From: an uncultured Anaerolineaceae bacterium
GTDB lineage: Bacteria > Chloroflexota > Anaerolineae > Anaerolineales > UBA4823
Assembly (NCBI GenBank): GCA_964614855.1
Contig: CAZTMX010000002.1
Coordinates: 1 to 51,320 of the forward strand
DNA length: 51,320 nucleotides
Direction: 5' to 3'
Shown here: positions 36,648-46,533 of the stretch, in pieces
Position numbering within the stretch: position 1 is the stretch's first letter
Layout of the letters: every line of letters begins with the position of its first letter
Notes under the pieces: generated by a model
The model's input: only the letters and a program-made list of their open reading frames with translations
Told to the model about the DNA's origin: nothing
Databases searched by the model: none
Program-made: the position numbers and the translations under genes

Positions 36648-38549
36648 TTAGGCGTTGTGGAACTCGCCGTCCACAACATCTTCATCACCAGGACCGCCGG
36701 TTGGGCCGGAGGCTGGTCCCTGACCGGGCACGCCGGTTTCGGGTCCTGCTTGTTGGTATGCTGCAGCGCCAACCTGCTGTAAGGTCTGCGATAGATCGTC
36801 TGCGGCTTTGCGGATGGCTTCCGTGTCGTCACTCTTCAGGGTTTCACGCACGGTGTTAATCTTCCCTTCCACGCTGGCTTTAAGATCTGCGGGCACTTTC
36901 TCGCCCAGGTCCTTTAGTAATTTCTCTGCACTGTAGGCCACATTATCGGCGTTGTTGCGCACCTCGATCGATTCTTTGCGGCGGCGGTCTTCCTCTGCAT
37001 GAGCTTCGGCGTCTTTGCGCATGCGCTCGACTTCTGCGTCGGTCAAACCGGATGAAGCAGTGATGGTGATGTGCTGGCTGCGCCCGGTGGCTTTGTCCTG
37101 GGCAGTGACTTTCAGGATGCCGTTGGCGTCAATGTCAAAGGTCACTTCGATTTGCGGGATGCCGCGCGGCGCAGGGGGGATGCCGTCCAGGTTGAATTTG
37201 CCCAGGGATTTGTTATCCGCGGCCATGGGGCGTTCGCCCTGAAGAACGTGGATCTCTACCTGCGGCTGGCTATCGCTGGCGGTGGAGAAAACCTGGCTCT
37301 TGCGAGTGGGTACGGTGGTATTGCGCTCAATCAGCGGGGTCGCCACGCCGCCCAGTGTTTCGACGGAGAGTGTAAGCGGAGTGACATCGAGCAGCAAGAT
37401 GTCTTTTACTTCGCCGCCCAAAACACCAGCCTGGATGGCCGCGCCCACCGCCACTACCTCGTCGGGGTTAACGCCCTTGTGCGGTTCCTTGCCGAAAAGC
37501 TTGCGCACCGCTTCCTGTACCGCGGGCATACGGGTCATGCCGCCTACCAGGACGATTTCATCGATAGCCGATGTCTGCAGGTCGGCGTCTTTTAGCGCCT
37601 GGCGTACCGGGCCCAGAGAGCGTTCGATCAGATCGCCGGTCAGTTGCTCGAGCTTGGCGCGGGTGAGTTGCAGCACCAGGTGTTTTGGACCGGTGGCGTC
37701 TGCGGTGATATATGGCAGGTTGATCTCGGTCTGCATCAGGGTGGATAGCTCGATCTTGGCTTTCTCCGCGGCTTCTTTCAAACGCTGCAGCGCCTGGCGG
37801 TCGTTGCGCAGGTCGATGTTATTGCTGCGTTTGAATTCATCCGCCAGGTAATCGATCACACGCTGGTCGAAGTCATCGCCGCCCAGGAAGGTATCGCCGC
37901 TGGTGGAACGTACCTGGAAAACGCCTTCGCCGACATCCAGGATGGAAATATCGAAGGTACCGCCGCCCAGGTCATATACAGCGATGATTTCGTCTTTCTT
38001 TTTGTCCAAGCCATACGCCAGCGATGAAGCGGTAGGCTCGTTGATGATACGCAGCACTTCTAGCCCGGCGATTTTACCGGCATCTTTGGTGGCGTTGCGT
38101 TGGGCATCGTTGAAGTAAGCCGGGACGGTGATCACCGCCTGGGTTACGGTTGTGCCCAGGTAGGCCTCAGCATCGGCTTTTAACTTGCCAAGGATCATGG
38201 CGGAAATCTCTGGGGCGGAGTAGTCTTTCCCGTCCAGGTTGACACGGATATCGCCGTTAGGTGCAGCAGAAACCTTATATGGAACCCGGGAGAGTGCTTT
38301 TTGTACTTCGGGGTCGTTGAATTTTCGCCCCATAAAGCGCTTGATCGAGAAGACTGTATTTTCAGGGTTTACAACAGCCTGGTTTCGAGCAACACGCCCG
38401 ATCAGGCGTTCGTGATTTTTGTTAACTGCCACGACGGAGGGCACCAGACGTTCGCCTTCTGCCGATGGGATGACGACAGGCTCGCCGCCCTCCATAACTG
38501 CTACAACCGAGTTGGTTGTTCCAAGATCAATGCCAATAATTTTTCCCAT
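36648..38549 (-). CDS. dnaK: Hsp70 chaperone DnaK
   Basis: 633 aa. [21 protein letters not shown] and [10 protein letters not shown] are present. A GGAGG RBS lies upstream. Confidence 0.97.
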   Translation of the reverse strand: MGKIIGIDLGTTNSVVAVMEGGEPVVIPSAEGERLVPSVVAVNKNHERLIGRVARNQAVVNPENTVFSIKRFMGRKFNDPEVQKALSRVPYKVSAAPNGDIRVNLDGKDYSAPEISAMILGKLKADAEAYLGTTVTQAVITVPAYFNDAQRNATKDAGKIAGLEVLRIINEPTASSLAYGLDKKKDEIIAVYDLGGGTFDISILDVGEGVFQVRSTSGDTFLGGDDFDQRVIDYLADEFKRSNNIDLRNDRQALQRLKEAAEKAKIELSTLMQTEINLPYITADATGPKHLVLQLTRAKLEQLTGDLIERSLGPVRQALKDADLQTSAIDEIVLVGGMTRMPAVQEAVRKLFGKEPHKGVNPDEVVAVGAAIQAGVLGGEVKDILLLDVTPLTLSVETLGGVATPLIERNTTVPTRKSQVFSTASDSQPQVEIHVLQGERPMAADNKSLGKFNLDGIPPAPRGIPQIEVTFDIDANGILKVTAQDKATGRSQHITITASSGLTDAEVERMRKDAEAHAEEDRRRKESIEVRNNADNVAYSAEKLLKDLGEKVPADLKASVEGKINTVRETLKSDDTEAIRKAADDLSQTLQQVGAAAYQQAGPETGVPGQGPASGPTGGPGDEDVVDGEFHNA

Positions 38550-38608
38550 ATTATGCCTCCAGATAGTCCAAAAGGTTGTTTGATGTCAGGTTTTGTGATG
38601 CGTTGTGC

Positions 38609-39217
38609 TTAGCGCGCCACTCGAACAAGTGCGGGGCGGAGAACTTTATCTCCAAACATATAGCCTTGTTTGAGCACTTCAATGATTTGTCCACTTTTAT
38701 ATTTGTCGTTCTCCTCAGAGGTGACCGCTTCATGAAGGTTTGGATCAAAGGCCTGGCCTTCGCTTTTCATTACGGTAATGCCTTCAGCCTCCAGGATCGA
38801 GAGCAGCTTCCGGTAAATTAATTCCACTCCATCTGCCCAAAGGCTGCCGTCGCCTTGTTGAGGGCGGTTTTTCAGAGCACGCTCGAGATCATCCACCACG
38901 TCCAGATAGCGCTTGATGATGCTGGCAGAGGTCGATTGGTAGATTTGCGACTGTTCTCGTTCAATGCGTTTCTTGTAGTTGGCAAATTCCGCCCGTGCGC
39001 GCTGCCAGCCGTCCAGGTACTCGGTGGCCTTTGAACGTTCGGTATCGATCTCTTGCTTGAGAGCATTAATCTGCTCTACCAGTTCAGCTACAGGTTGCTC
39101 TGCATTGATTTCTGCGCTTACCTGTACGGGCCCTGCGCTGGCTTGGTTCATTTCTGTTTCAGTTGATTTCTGCTTGTGTTTCGGCATTTCTAGACCGCTT
39201 GCTCCTTTTCCAATCAT
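38609..39217 (-). CDS. grpE: nucleotide exchange factor GrpE
   Basis: The coiled-coil N-terminus and the C-terminal block FDPNLHEAV...KQGYMFGDKVLRPALVRV are typical of GrpE. An alternative start lies at 39187 (MPKHKQ). Confidence 0.9.
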   Translation of the reverse strand: MIGKGASGLEMPKHKQKSTETEMNQASAGPVQVSAEINAEQPVAELVEQINALKQEIDTERSKATEYLDGWQRARAEFANYKKRIEREQSQIYQSTSASIIKRYLDVVDDLERALKNRPQQGDGSLWADGVELIYRKLLSILEAEGITVMKSEGQAFDPNLHEAVTSEENDKYKSGQIIEVLKQGYMFGDKVLRPALVRVAR

Positions 39218-39225
39218 TCAATTTC

Positions 39226-40263
39226 TCAATCAGTCATCAATTCATCCACCATATCGCTCAACAAGCCGGCGACAAAGCGCACGGTGGATATGGTGCGCCC
39301 ATAAGGCATGCGCATGGGACCGAGGACGCCGATCGTCCCGGTCGCTCTTCCTGGCGAGCCATAACGCGATAAAACAACAGAATATTCGCGCAACTCTTCC
39401 CATGTACCTTCACCGCCTATCAGCACCTGTACTTCGCCCATATCATTTGTGGTTAGCACGGTGCGATTGAGCAGGTCTTCCAGTAACGGCCGCTCTTCTA
39501 GCAGATGCAAGGCGCGGCGAGCCAGGTCGATTTCGCCAAATTCCGGTTCGGCCAATACGTGTGTTAGTCCATCCCGGTATAACTCGCCGGTGAGCACCCT
39601 GCTGGAGCGGTGCATTTCGTCGATGATCAGTTTCTGGATGTCGTTTTCCAACGGTGTGGCCTGCAAATTGAGCGAAGTAATTGCGTTTGCATCCAATCCC
39701 TGGCAAAGCGAGTTTAAAATCTGCGCCGCGCTGCTTAATTTTTCCTGCGATACCGGTTCAGCCAGGTTGAGCATCTGTTGCCGCACCTCGCCGCCCGAGA
39801 GCACCAGCACCATCAGCACCTGTCGACCGTGGGTGTTGATCAGTTCAAGGTGTTTAAAGGATGTCTGCTCGGGTCTCGGGGCAGTCACCAGCGAGGCGGC
39901 CTGTGCCTGGTGGGCAAGCACGGAGGCTGCAAGGCGCATCCAGCGGTCCACATCCACCCCGGCCTGGTAGAACTGGTGCACGATGGTGCGCTTGGTTGTG
40001 GTGGGTAAATCGGAATGGCCCATCAGTTGGCGCACAAAGTAGCGGTAGCCCTCTTCTGTGGGCGAGCGACCGGCAGATGTGTGCGGCTGGCGCAGGTAAC
40101 CCATTTCAGTCAACGCCACCATTTCGTTGCGCACGGTGGCAGAGCTAAAATCAAGGTTAAACTGTTCAACCAGGCGATTTGAACCGACCGGTTGGGCGGT
40201 TTCGATAAAATCGCGGATGACCAGTGCCAGGATGAGCTTTTGTCTTTCTGTAAGGTTTTCCAT
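39226..40263 (-). CDS. hrcA: heat-inducible transcription repressor HrcA
   Basis: 345 aa with an N-terminal winged helix (LTERQKLILALVIRDFIETAQPVGS...SSATVRNEM). It is the first gene of the dnaK string, and a CIRCE element lies upstream. Confidence 0.93.
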   Translation of the reverse strand: MENLTERQKLILALVIRDFIETAQPVGSNRLVEQFNLDFSSATVRNEMVALTEMGYLRQPHTSAGRSPTEEGYRYFVRQLMGHSDLPTTTKRTIVHQFYQAGVDVDRWMRLAASVLAHQAQAASLVTAPRPEQTSFKHLELINTHGRQVLMVLVLSGGEVRQQMLNLAEPVSQEKLSSAAQILNSLCQGLDANAITSLNLQATPLENDIQKLIIDEMHRSSRVLTGELYRDGLTHVLAEPEFGEIDLARRALHLLEERPLLEDLLNRTVLTTNDMGEVQVLIGGEGTWEELREYSVVLSRYGSPGRATGTIGVLGPMRMPYGRTISTVRFVAGLLSDMVDELMTD

Positions 40264-40279
40264 TTTGCCCTTGATGATT

Positions 40280-40306
40280 TTAGCACTCTCGCATCGAGAG
40301 TGCTAA
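40280..40306 (-). promoter_or_regulatory. CIRCE operator (HrcA binding site) upstream of hrcA
   Basis: Perfect consensus TTAGCACTC-N9-GAGTGCTAA read directly at 40280-40306. Confidence 0.95.
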
Positions 40307-40319
40307 TAATACGCAAACG

Positions 40320-40348
40320 ATGATACCATGCGGCAGGCAGTACGTCAA
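40320..40348 (-). promoter_or_regulatory. hrcA operon promoter: TTGACG-17-TGgTATCAT
   Basis: On the minus strand the -35 TTGACG lies at 40348-40343 and the -10 TATCAT at 40325-40320, with TG at the extended -10 position. CIRCE begins about 7 nt after the expected transcription start. Confidence 0.75.
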
Positions 40349-40408
40349 GAATTCACCCCCTGCGGTAAGAAATTTCTAACACTAAGTTAACAAGCGGTCG
40401 GTAGCAGA

Positions 40409-41149
40409 TTATGGGCGTAAAAAGGAGATTACCGATGAGAAATCTTGCGCATACGGCGCACAAAAGCGCATCTCTTGCTGTGTCAGTGGATGGATGAAGG
40501 ATATTTCGAGAGCATGTAATGCAAGACGCTTTAAGCTGTTCAGCGGGCTGGTTTGGGCGGTAGTCTTCGTGCTTGCGGCGAGTTGACCTGGGGACTGGCC
40601 TTTGGCAGAGTACAGTGAATCCATAAAAATCGGGTACCCGCAAGCTGCCAGGTGGGCACGGATCTGGTGTGTCCTTCCGCTGCGCGGCATGGCGGCAACC
40701 AGGGTGTATCCGCCAAATCTTTCCAGGACGCTGATGTCCGTTTGAGCTGCTTTTCCACTGCGGGCATCGACAATTGTGCGGTGTTTGCGGTCGCCATCTG
40801 GGCGTAAGGGGTAGGTGATTGATTTTTCAGACCAGGTTGGCGAGCCAACAACCAGCGCATGGTATGTCTTATGTGCCAGCCGTTTCTCAAATTGAGTGTT
40901 TAGCTCACGGTGAGCCTGTGCGCTGCGTGCGAAGATGATAATCCCGCTGGTTTGGCGGTCCAGGCGGTGAACAACCCATAGCGGGCTCCACTCTTTTTTC
41001 AAAATTCCGACCAGGAATGGGGCTTGTGGATTATAACCATCCACCAGGGTTGGCAGCCCTGCTGGTTTGTTGACAGCCAGCAGGGCATCGTCATGCCAGA
41101 TCACCAAATCGGACGCAAGCGGGGGTACTTGCTGGTGCAAGCTATACAA
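40409..41149 (-). CDS. RluA-family pseudouridine synthase
   Basis: 246 aa with the catalytic block HRLDRQTSGIIIFA and the GRTHQIRAH motif. Confidence 0.88.
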   Translation of the reverse strand: MYSLHQQVPPLASDLVIWHDDALLAVNKPAGLPTLVDGYNPQAPFLVGILKKEWSPLWVVHRLDRQTSGIIIFARSAQAHRELNTQFEKRLAHKTYHALVVGSPTWSEKSITYPLRPDGDRKHRTIVDARSGKAAQTDISVLERFGGYTLVAAMPRSGRTHQIRAHLAACGYPIFMDSLYSAKGQSPGQLAASTKTTAQTSPLNSLKRLALHALEISFIHPLTQQEMRFCAPYAQDFSSVISFLRP

Positions 41150-41166
41150 ACTGAACCCTGGCTGTG

Positions 41167-42399
41167 TTACGCAGGTTCAAGCGCTTTTTCCACCGGCTTT
41201 TCCCTGACGCGTAGCATGCTGATACCAGCCAATGCCATGAAAATCGCAGCAAAGAGGAACATAATGCGGTAATTCCCTCCGGTGAGATCGATTAAGATCC
41301 CCACAACCTGAGGTCCGCCGATTGCCGCGATGCTGGATGCCAGGTAATACAAACCGGTGAAAGTGCCGATCCTCTTATCCCCTCCCACATCATACACCAT
41401 GGGGAGAGAGTTGACATTGATGAGTGACCAGAAAAAACCTGCCAGGATCAGGAAGATGATTAACATCCACTCGCTGCCCACGGTGAAACCGAACAAGATG
41501 GTGGCAAAAAGACCCGTAATTCCGGTCAGGATGATGCGCCTGCGCCCAAAGCGCGTGGCAAGCAGCCCGCTGGGTAATGCAAAGATAACGAAGGTCAAAG
41601 CCAGTAATGAGGTGAGGATAGCCATGCGCCCTTCGTTGATGTTTAGCACAAATTTTCCGAAGGAAGAAATCCAGGTATCTAAGGCGTTATAGCCCAGGAA
41701 CCAGAACATGATCGCCAGCAGGATCAACAGCCCGGAACGGTCCTTTGCGCCAAGTACTTCCTTGAAACTGCTCAGGAAATCACTTCGCTCGCCCTTGGTT
41801 TCCGGTTCTGCAGGTTTTTCCGTTTTCGGCTCGCGCACAAACAGGATCACCAGGGTGATGGCGATCAGCATGACCAGGCTGCCAAAGACAAATGGCGTGA
41901 TGCGCCCATATTTATACAAAAATCCGCCAAGCAGAAAAGCCAGGATCGCACCGACACCGCCCATCAAGTTGATGATCCCATTCGCCGTGCTGCGTTGTTC
42001 AGATGGGAAAAGGTCTCCCAACAGGGAGATTGTGGGTGAGCGAAAAAGCGCCATGCTTACATTGGTAAGCAGAATTGCGATCATGATCCCAAAGACAGTG
42101 GTCATCGTAGGGACGGTGATAAAGAACAAGGCGGCCAGCGGCGCGCCTACCAGCATCCAGGGCTTGCGCCGCCCCAGGCGCGTTCGGGTGCGATCTGAGC
42201 GTTCTCCCACCAGTGGCTGGATGAAAAGATTCAAATAGTTGTCCCACGTCATGATAAAACCGGTCATGGTGGCAGATAACAAAAAATCTTGTTGCAGGAA
42301 GATGGGGATAAAGTTGTTGAAAATAGGCCAGATAAGGCTGATGCCTAAAAATCCAAAGCCGAGCAAGAACGTTTTTGCGTATGGAAAGCTTTGCTTCAT
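41167..42399 (-). CDS. MFS transporter
   Basis: 410 aa with about 12 predicted hydrophobic helices and an MFS loop motif (GERSDRTRTRLGRRKPW). The substrate is not inferable. Confidence 0.85.
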   Translation of the reverse strand: MKQSFPYAKTFLLGFGFLGISLIWPIFNNFIPIFLQQDFLLSATMTGFIMTWDNYLNLFIQPLVGERSDRTRTRLGRRKPWMLVGAPLAALFFITVPTMTTVFGIMIAILLTNVSMALFRSPTISLLGDLFPSEQRSTANGIINLMGGVGAILAFLLGGFLYKYGRITPFVFGSLVMLIAITLVILFVREPKTEKPAEPETKGERSDFLSSFKEVLGAKDRSGLLILLAIMFWFLGYNALDTWISSFGKFVLNINEGRMAILTSLLALTFVIFALPSGLLATRFGRRRIILTGITGLFATILFGFTVGSEWMLIIFLILAGFFWSLINVNSLPMVYDVGGDKRIGTFTGLYYLASSIAAIGGPQVVGILIDLTGGNYRIMFLFAAIFMALAGISMLRVREKPVEKALEPA

Positions 42400-42433
42400 G
42401 ATCCCTCCGGTAGAAAACCTGCCCTCAAGTGGT

Positions 42434-43222
42434 TTAGACGATATTTTCTTTGTTTTTCAGATGCAAATCCTGGTTCTCCTTGAGTTTGTCCAGGAACTTG
42501 CGCTCTGTTTCTGATAGCATTATGTTCTCTAAAAGATCGGGGCGGCGCTTGTAGGTTCGTAAAAGTGCTTGCTCTCTACGCCATTGGGCGATGCGCTGAT
42601 GATCCCCGCTGGTCAGAATTTCTGGCACACGCCAGCCGCGAAATTCCAGCGGTCGTGTGTATTGCGGGTATTCTAACAGACCTGAGGCGTGAGAGTCGTC
42701 TTCAGCCCCCTCGGGATCACCCAACACGCCGGTAATTAGTCTCGAAACCGCATCGATGATCACCAGGGCGGCTAATTCGCCGCCGGTCAGGACATAATCA
42801 CCGATGCTGATCTCATCGGTTGCCAGGTGTTGCCGGATGCGCTCATCAAAACCTTCATAGTGACCGCAGATGAGGGCGATACGGCGAGGTTCATTCTCAT
42901 TTGGTATTGGGATATTTGCCAGTTCATAAGCTACGGCTTGGGTGAAAGGACGGCCTTGCGGGGTAAGCAGGATCACCGGACAGCCTGGCGGCGACCCCAG
43001 CACGCCCTCGACGGCTGCAAAGACGGGTTCGGTTTTCATTACCATGCCCCCACCGCCGCCGTATGGGGTATCATCGGTGACATGGTGGCGGTCTGTGGTC
43101 CAATCGCGAATATTGTGCAGGCGGATGGCGATTAAATCGCGCTGGCTGGCACGCTGAAGAATGCTGGTTTGCAGGTATGGGCCAAAAACCTCGGGGAAAA
43201 GCGTAAAGACATCGAATTGCAT
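42434..43222 (-). CDS. trmD: tRNA (guanine37-N1)-methyltransferase
   Basis: [13 protein letters not shown] start, [11 protein letters not shown] and the [10 protein letters not shown] motifs. An alternative start lies at 43234. The long N-terminal extension to 43312 was rejected. Confidence 0.9.
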   Translation of the reverse strand: MQFDVFTLFPEVFGPYLQTSILQRASQRDLIAIRLHNIRDWTTDRHHVTDDTPYGGGGGMVMKTEPVFAAVEGVLGSPPGCPVILLTPQGRPFTQAVAYELANIPIPNENEPRRIALICGHYEGFDERIRQHLATDEISIGDYVLTGGELAALVIIDAVSRLITGVLGDPEGAEDDSHASGLLEYPQYTRPLEFRGWRVPEILTSGDHQRIAQWRREQALLRTYKRRPDLLENIMLSETERKFLDKLKENQDLHLKNKENIV

Positions 43223-43314
43223 TTCAGCAACCATAGAATAACATTCTAGCCGCGCTGAGCAGGAAATGCAAGACCTGCAAAGTAGGAAGCGTGCCGGGCA
43301 ATAATGGGGCAATC

Positions 43315-43344
43315 TTGACGCTAATTCGGCGTAAATGGTATGAT
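43315..43344 (+). promoter_or_regulatory. promoter candidate TTGACG-18-TGgTATGAT upstream of the TPR gene pair
   Basis: TTGACG at 43315-43320 and TATGAT at 43339-43344, preceded by TGg. The first in-frame ATG (43351) lies about 7 nt after the -10. Confidence 0.55.
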
Positions 43345-43350
43345 GGGATT

Positions 43351-44598
43351 ATGTATCTACGTGGAAATAAATGGACAATGACACGCAAAACCCGCCGCCC
43401 CAGTATATGGCGTATAGGGGTTTTGGTAGCTTTGATTGGTGTGGCGCTTTATGTAAACCAGGTTGTGGTGCCTGTGACCCAACCTTTGTTTATTCCTACT
43501 CCGACGCCAACCCGCAGCCCCGAATCTTTTGTAAACCAGGCGCAAGAATATTACCAGGCTGGTAAGCTCACGTTAGCGGTTGACGCTTATAAACAATCGA
43601 TAGCCGCCGATCCGGAAAATCCGAGCAACTATATTGCACTGGCTCGTTTGCAGGTTTTTCTTGGTGACCCTGAGTCTGCCGTCGAAAATGCCCAAAACGC
43701 CTTGTTGAAAAACCCGAACAACCCCCTTGCGCATGCGGTTTTAGGCTGGGCGCTGGGTTTCCAGCAAAAATACGGCGAAGCAGAGTTGGAAGTAAAAAAA
43801 GCCATGAGCGCTGATCCCGGCAATGCCCTGGCGTATGCATACTACGCTGAAATCTTAATGAACCAGGGTGATTTTGAGCTTTATGACAAAGCTGCAGATG
43901 CATCGAAAAAAGCGCTTGAGCTTGCTCCAAACTTGCTGGAAACGCACCGAGCCCGAGGGATTGTTTTATTGAACACGCAAAACCTTGAGGAGGCTGTGCA
44001 AGAATTTCAGGCGGCAATTGCAATCAATAAAAATGTCGCCGATTTGCACCTGTATTTAGGTGTAACCTACCGGGCTCTGGGTGATTATGACCTGGCTCAG
44101 GAATCGCTATTGGCAGCATATGCACTCAACCCCACGGACACTGTGGCATTGACAGAACTCTCCCGAGCCTTTTTTGCGGATGGGCGCTATGCCCAGGCGG
44201 CACAATATGCGGAGGAAGCCGTAAAAGTGGACCCGACAGATCCCCGCTTGCACGGCAACCTGGGGATCACCTATTATAAAAATGATGATTATGCCAGGGC
44301 GATCCCGTCTTTAGGGTATTCTATCCAGGGCGGCGTTCTGGAGGATGGGACTGCGGTTGAAGGCCTCCCCCTGGATTACGGCAAGGTAGAGGAATACTAC
44401 TGGTATTACGGTTTTGCCCTGGCGCGTTCGGGGCGCTGTACAGAAGCCGTGCCGATCTTCCAGGCGCTGCTGACTGGCGTCCCCAACGATGAAATCGCCG
44501 TGTATAATGCCACCGAAGGGCTGTCGCTATGCCAGCAGAATCTAAAAATCACCCCCGAGGCAGCAACAGCCACGCCAGAGGCAACCCCCACGCCATAA
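43351..44598 (+). CDS. membrane-anchored TPR-repeat protein
   Basis: It has an N-terminal TM helix (IWRIGVLVALIGVALYV), a TPTPTPTR linker and multiple TPR units (AL..NP.N..A...LG...). The start is uncertain (43351 or 43378). Confidence 0.75.
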   Translation: MYLRGNKWTMTRKTRRPSIWRIGVLVALIGVALYVNQVVVPVTQPLFIPTPTPTRSPESFVNQAQEYYQAGKLTLAVDAYKQSIAADPENPSNYIALARLQVFLGDPESAVENAQNALLKNPNNPLAHAVLGWALGFQQKYGEAELEVKKAMSADPGNALAYAYYAEILMNQGDFELYDKAADASKKALELAPNLLETHRARGIVLLNTQNLEEAVQEFQAAIAINKNVADLHLYLGVTYRALGDYDLAQESLLAAYALNPTDTVALTELSRAFFADGRYAQAAQYAEEAVKVDPTDPRLHGNLGITYYKNDDYARAIPSLGYSIQGGVLEDGTAVEGLPLDYGKVEEYYWYYGFALARSGRCTEAVPIFQALLTGVPNDEIAVYNATEGLSLCQQNLKITPEAATATPEATPTP

Positions 44599-44600
44599 AT

Positions 44601-46037
44601 ATGGAACGAAACCTGGTTGGCAAGCGCCCCACTTTCCGCCCGGTACGCGGCGGAGATAATTTTTACCGGATCATCCTGTGGATCGGCCTGATCCTGGCTG
44701 GCATCTGGTTTTTGCTGGGTTTGGAGCGCGAGGTGATTGTTTCGCCTCTAAAACCAACCCCCACGCCAACGCGCATTGCCGAGTCGTACTTCATGGAAGC
44801 CGAGGCATATTTCAATGCAGGCAAACTGGATGACCCCAGCAATGCCACACCTGGCCCGGGTGTGCCTGCGGTGAATGATGCCATTGATGCTTATAAAGCT
44901 GCGCTGCAGACGGATCAAGAAAACGCTGCAGCATGGTCGGACCTGGCGCGCATCCAGGCTTATTCTTCGAGCATGCTGCGCAACGATCAGGAGAAGCTGG
45001 AGCGCCTGCAAGAAGCGAAAGCCTCTGCAGATAAAGCGGTTGAGCTGGCGCCGGATGACAGCACTGCACGGGCGGTGCGGGCTTTTGTGCTGGATTGGTA
45101 CTCCTATGCTGCCTTGATCCCAGACCAACAGCGGCAAGAATTGCTGATTGAAGCTGAACGAGAAGCCTCAAGAGCCTTCCAGTTGGATCCTGAGAACGCA
45201 CTGGCGCTGGCCTATTATGCAGAAATTTTGGCTGACCAGCAGAAATGGCAGCAGGCAGAGAAATATGCTGCGCAGGCGGTTGCCCTGGATGATTCCTTGA
45301 TGGACACCCACCGGGTCTATGCTTACGTGTTGGAAACGCTAGGAAAATACAACAGCGCCATCCAACAGTACCAGCGGGCCGCTGAAATAAGCCCCAACAT
45401 GACATATCTGTATATCCGTATCGGAATGAATTTTCGTGAGGGTATCCGCAACCCCGACCGGGCGCTGGATTATTTTGACCGGGCGGCCAATATCAACCAG
45501 ACATTGGGGGTGCAAAACCCGCAGCCGTATATTGAAATTGCCAAAACCTATACCCAAATTGGACAATTTTTTGTGGCGTCTGTCAATGCCGAAAAAGCCC
45601 TGGAATTTGACAATACAAACGCACAAACCTATGGGCAGTTGGGGATGATCTACCGGCGCGCAAGAAACTATGAAGGGGCGATGATCTTGCTTCAATGTGC
45701 TGTGCGCGGCTGCACGGCAGAGGAAAACGAAACAGCAGGTGTGGCGGTTGAAGGATTGCCGCTGACCAGTCTCACCGTGGCTTATTATTACGTGGAATAC
45801 GGCACCAACCTGGCGTTTCTAAGCCGTGAGAAAGAAAACTATTGTGACGAAGCCTACGCGGTTCTGGCGGAAGTGCGCAGGGTTTACCCGGATGATCCAG
45901 TGTTGATGGGTATTGTGGAAGACAGCGAAGGAATTTGCCGCAACCTGGCAGCCAGCTCTGCTTCTTCTTCCTTCTCACCTACACCTACGATTACCGGCAC
46001 CCTGACCCCTGAGGTGTTGTCGACCCCAACGCCTTAA
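44601..46037 (+). CDS. membrane-anchored TPR-repeat protein, paralogue of the preceding gene
   Basis: The ATG at 44601 lies 2 nt after the upstream stop. It has the same layout: a TM helix (IILWIGLILAGIWFLLGL), a PTPTPTR linker, TPR units, a shared AVEGLPL block and a TP-rich tail. Confidence 0.75.
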   Translation: MERNLVGKRPTFRPVRGGDNFYRIILWIGLILAGIWFLLGLEREVIVSPLKPTPTPTRIAESYFMEAEAYFNAGKLDDPSNATPGPGVPAVNDAIDAYKAALQTDQENAAAWSDLARIQAYSSSMLRNDQEKLERLQEAKASADKAVELAPDDSTARAVRAFVLDWYSYAALIPDQQRQELLIEAEREASRAFQLDPENALALAYYAEILADQQKWQQAEKYAAQAVALDDSLMDTHRVYAYVLETLGKYNSAIQQYQRAAEISPNMTYLYIRIGMNFREGIRNPDRALDYFDRAANINQTLGVQNPQPYIEIAKTYTQIGQFFVASVNAEKALEFDNTNAQTYGQLGMIYRRARNYEGAMILLQCAVRGCTAEENETAGVAVEGLPLTSLTVAYYYVEYGTNLAFLSREKENYCDEAYAVLAEVRRVYPDDPVLMGIVEDSEGICRNLAASSASSSFSPTPTITGTLTPEVLSTPTP

Positions 46038-46084
46038 TTCAATGGATTTTGTGTAAGTAATTTATAAGAATCGCAGCAAACCCC

Positions 46085-46113
46085 TTGACTTTCCCCGGAA
46101 AACTGGGTATCAT
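46085..46113 (+). promoter_or_regulatory. groESL promoter: TTGACT-17-TATCAT
   Basis: TTGACT at 46085-46090 and TATCAT at 46108-46113. CIRCE starts about 5 nt after the expected transcription start. Confidence 0.75.
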
Positions 46114-46124
46114 TCGGGCGTCAA

Positions 46125-46151
46125 TTAGCACTCACAGTGATTGAGTGCTAA
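46125..46151 (+). promoter_or_regulatory. CIRCE operator upstream of groES
   Basis: Perfect TTAGCACTC-N9-GAGTGCTAA read directly at 46125-46151. Confidence 0.95.
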
Positions 46152-46207
46152 TTTGTCTGTAACACTATACCAGATAATACCTATATAACCGTATCAGGAG
46201 GTCAAGT

Positions 46208-46501
46208 ATGTCGATCACATTAAAGCCCCTCGGCAACCGCGTGGTAGTAGAGCCTGTTGAACAGGAAGAAGTCACCGCCGGTGGTATCGTACTCCCCGAG
46301 ACTGCAAAAGAAAAACCGCAAAAGGGTCTGGTCATTTCCGTAGGTCCCGGCGACCGTGATGAAGATGGCAAATATATACCCATGGATGTCAAACAAGGCG
46401 ACACCGTTCTGTTTGCCAAGTATGCGGGTACTGAGATCAAGGTGGATGGCAAGAAACTCTTGATCTTACGCGAGAGCGATCTATTAGCTATTGTCCTTTA
46501 A
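46208..46501 (+). CDS. groES: co-chaperonin GroES
   Basis: 97 aa. [36 protein letters not shown] is typical of GroES. An AGGAGG RBS lies upstream. Confidence 0.97.
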   Translation: MSITLKPLGNRVVVEPVEQEEVTAGGIVLPETAKEKPQKGLVISVGPGDRDEDGKYIPMDVKQGDTVLFAKYAGTEIKVDGKKLLILRESDLLAIVL

Positions 46502-46533
46502 TTACAACAACATTGAACCAGGAGATATGAAAT

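Noticed and set aside
35505-37851. Plus-strand ORFs of 271, 174 and 189 aa
   Set aside because: They are antisense to dnaJ and dnaK, with low-complexity translations. The minus-strand chaperone genes explain the region completely.
40368-40377. 10-bp palindrome AGAAATTTCT downstream of the rluA-family gene, considered as a terminator
   Set aside because: It leaves no loop, and the effective stem is too short and purely A/T-rich. No U-run follows on the relevant strand.
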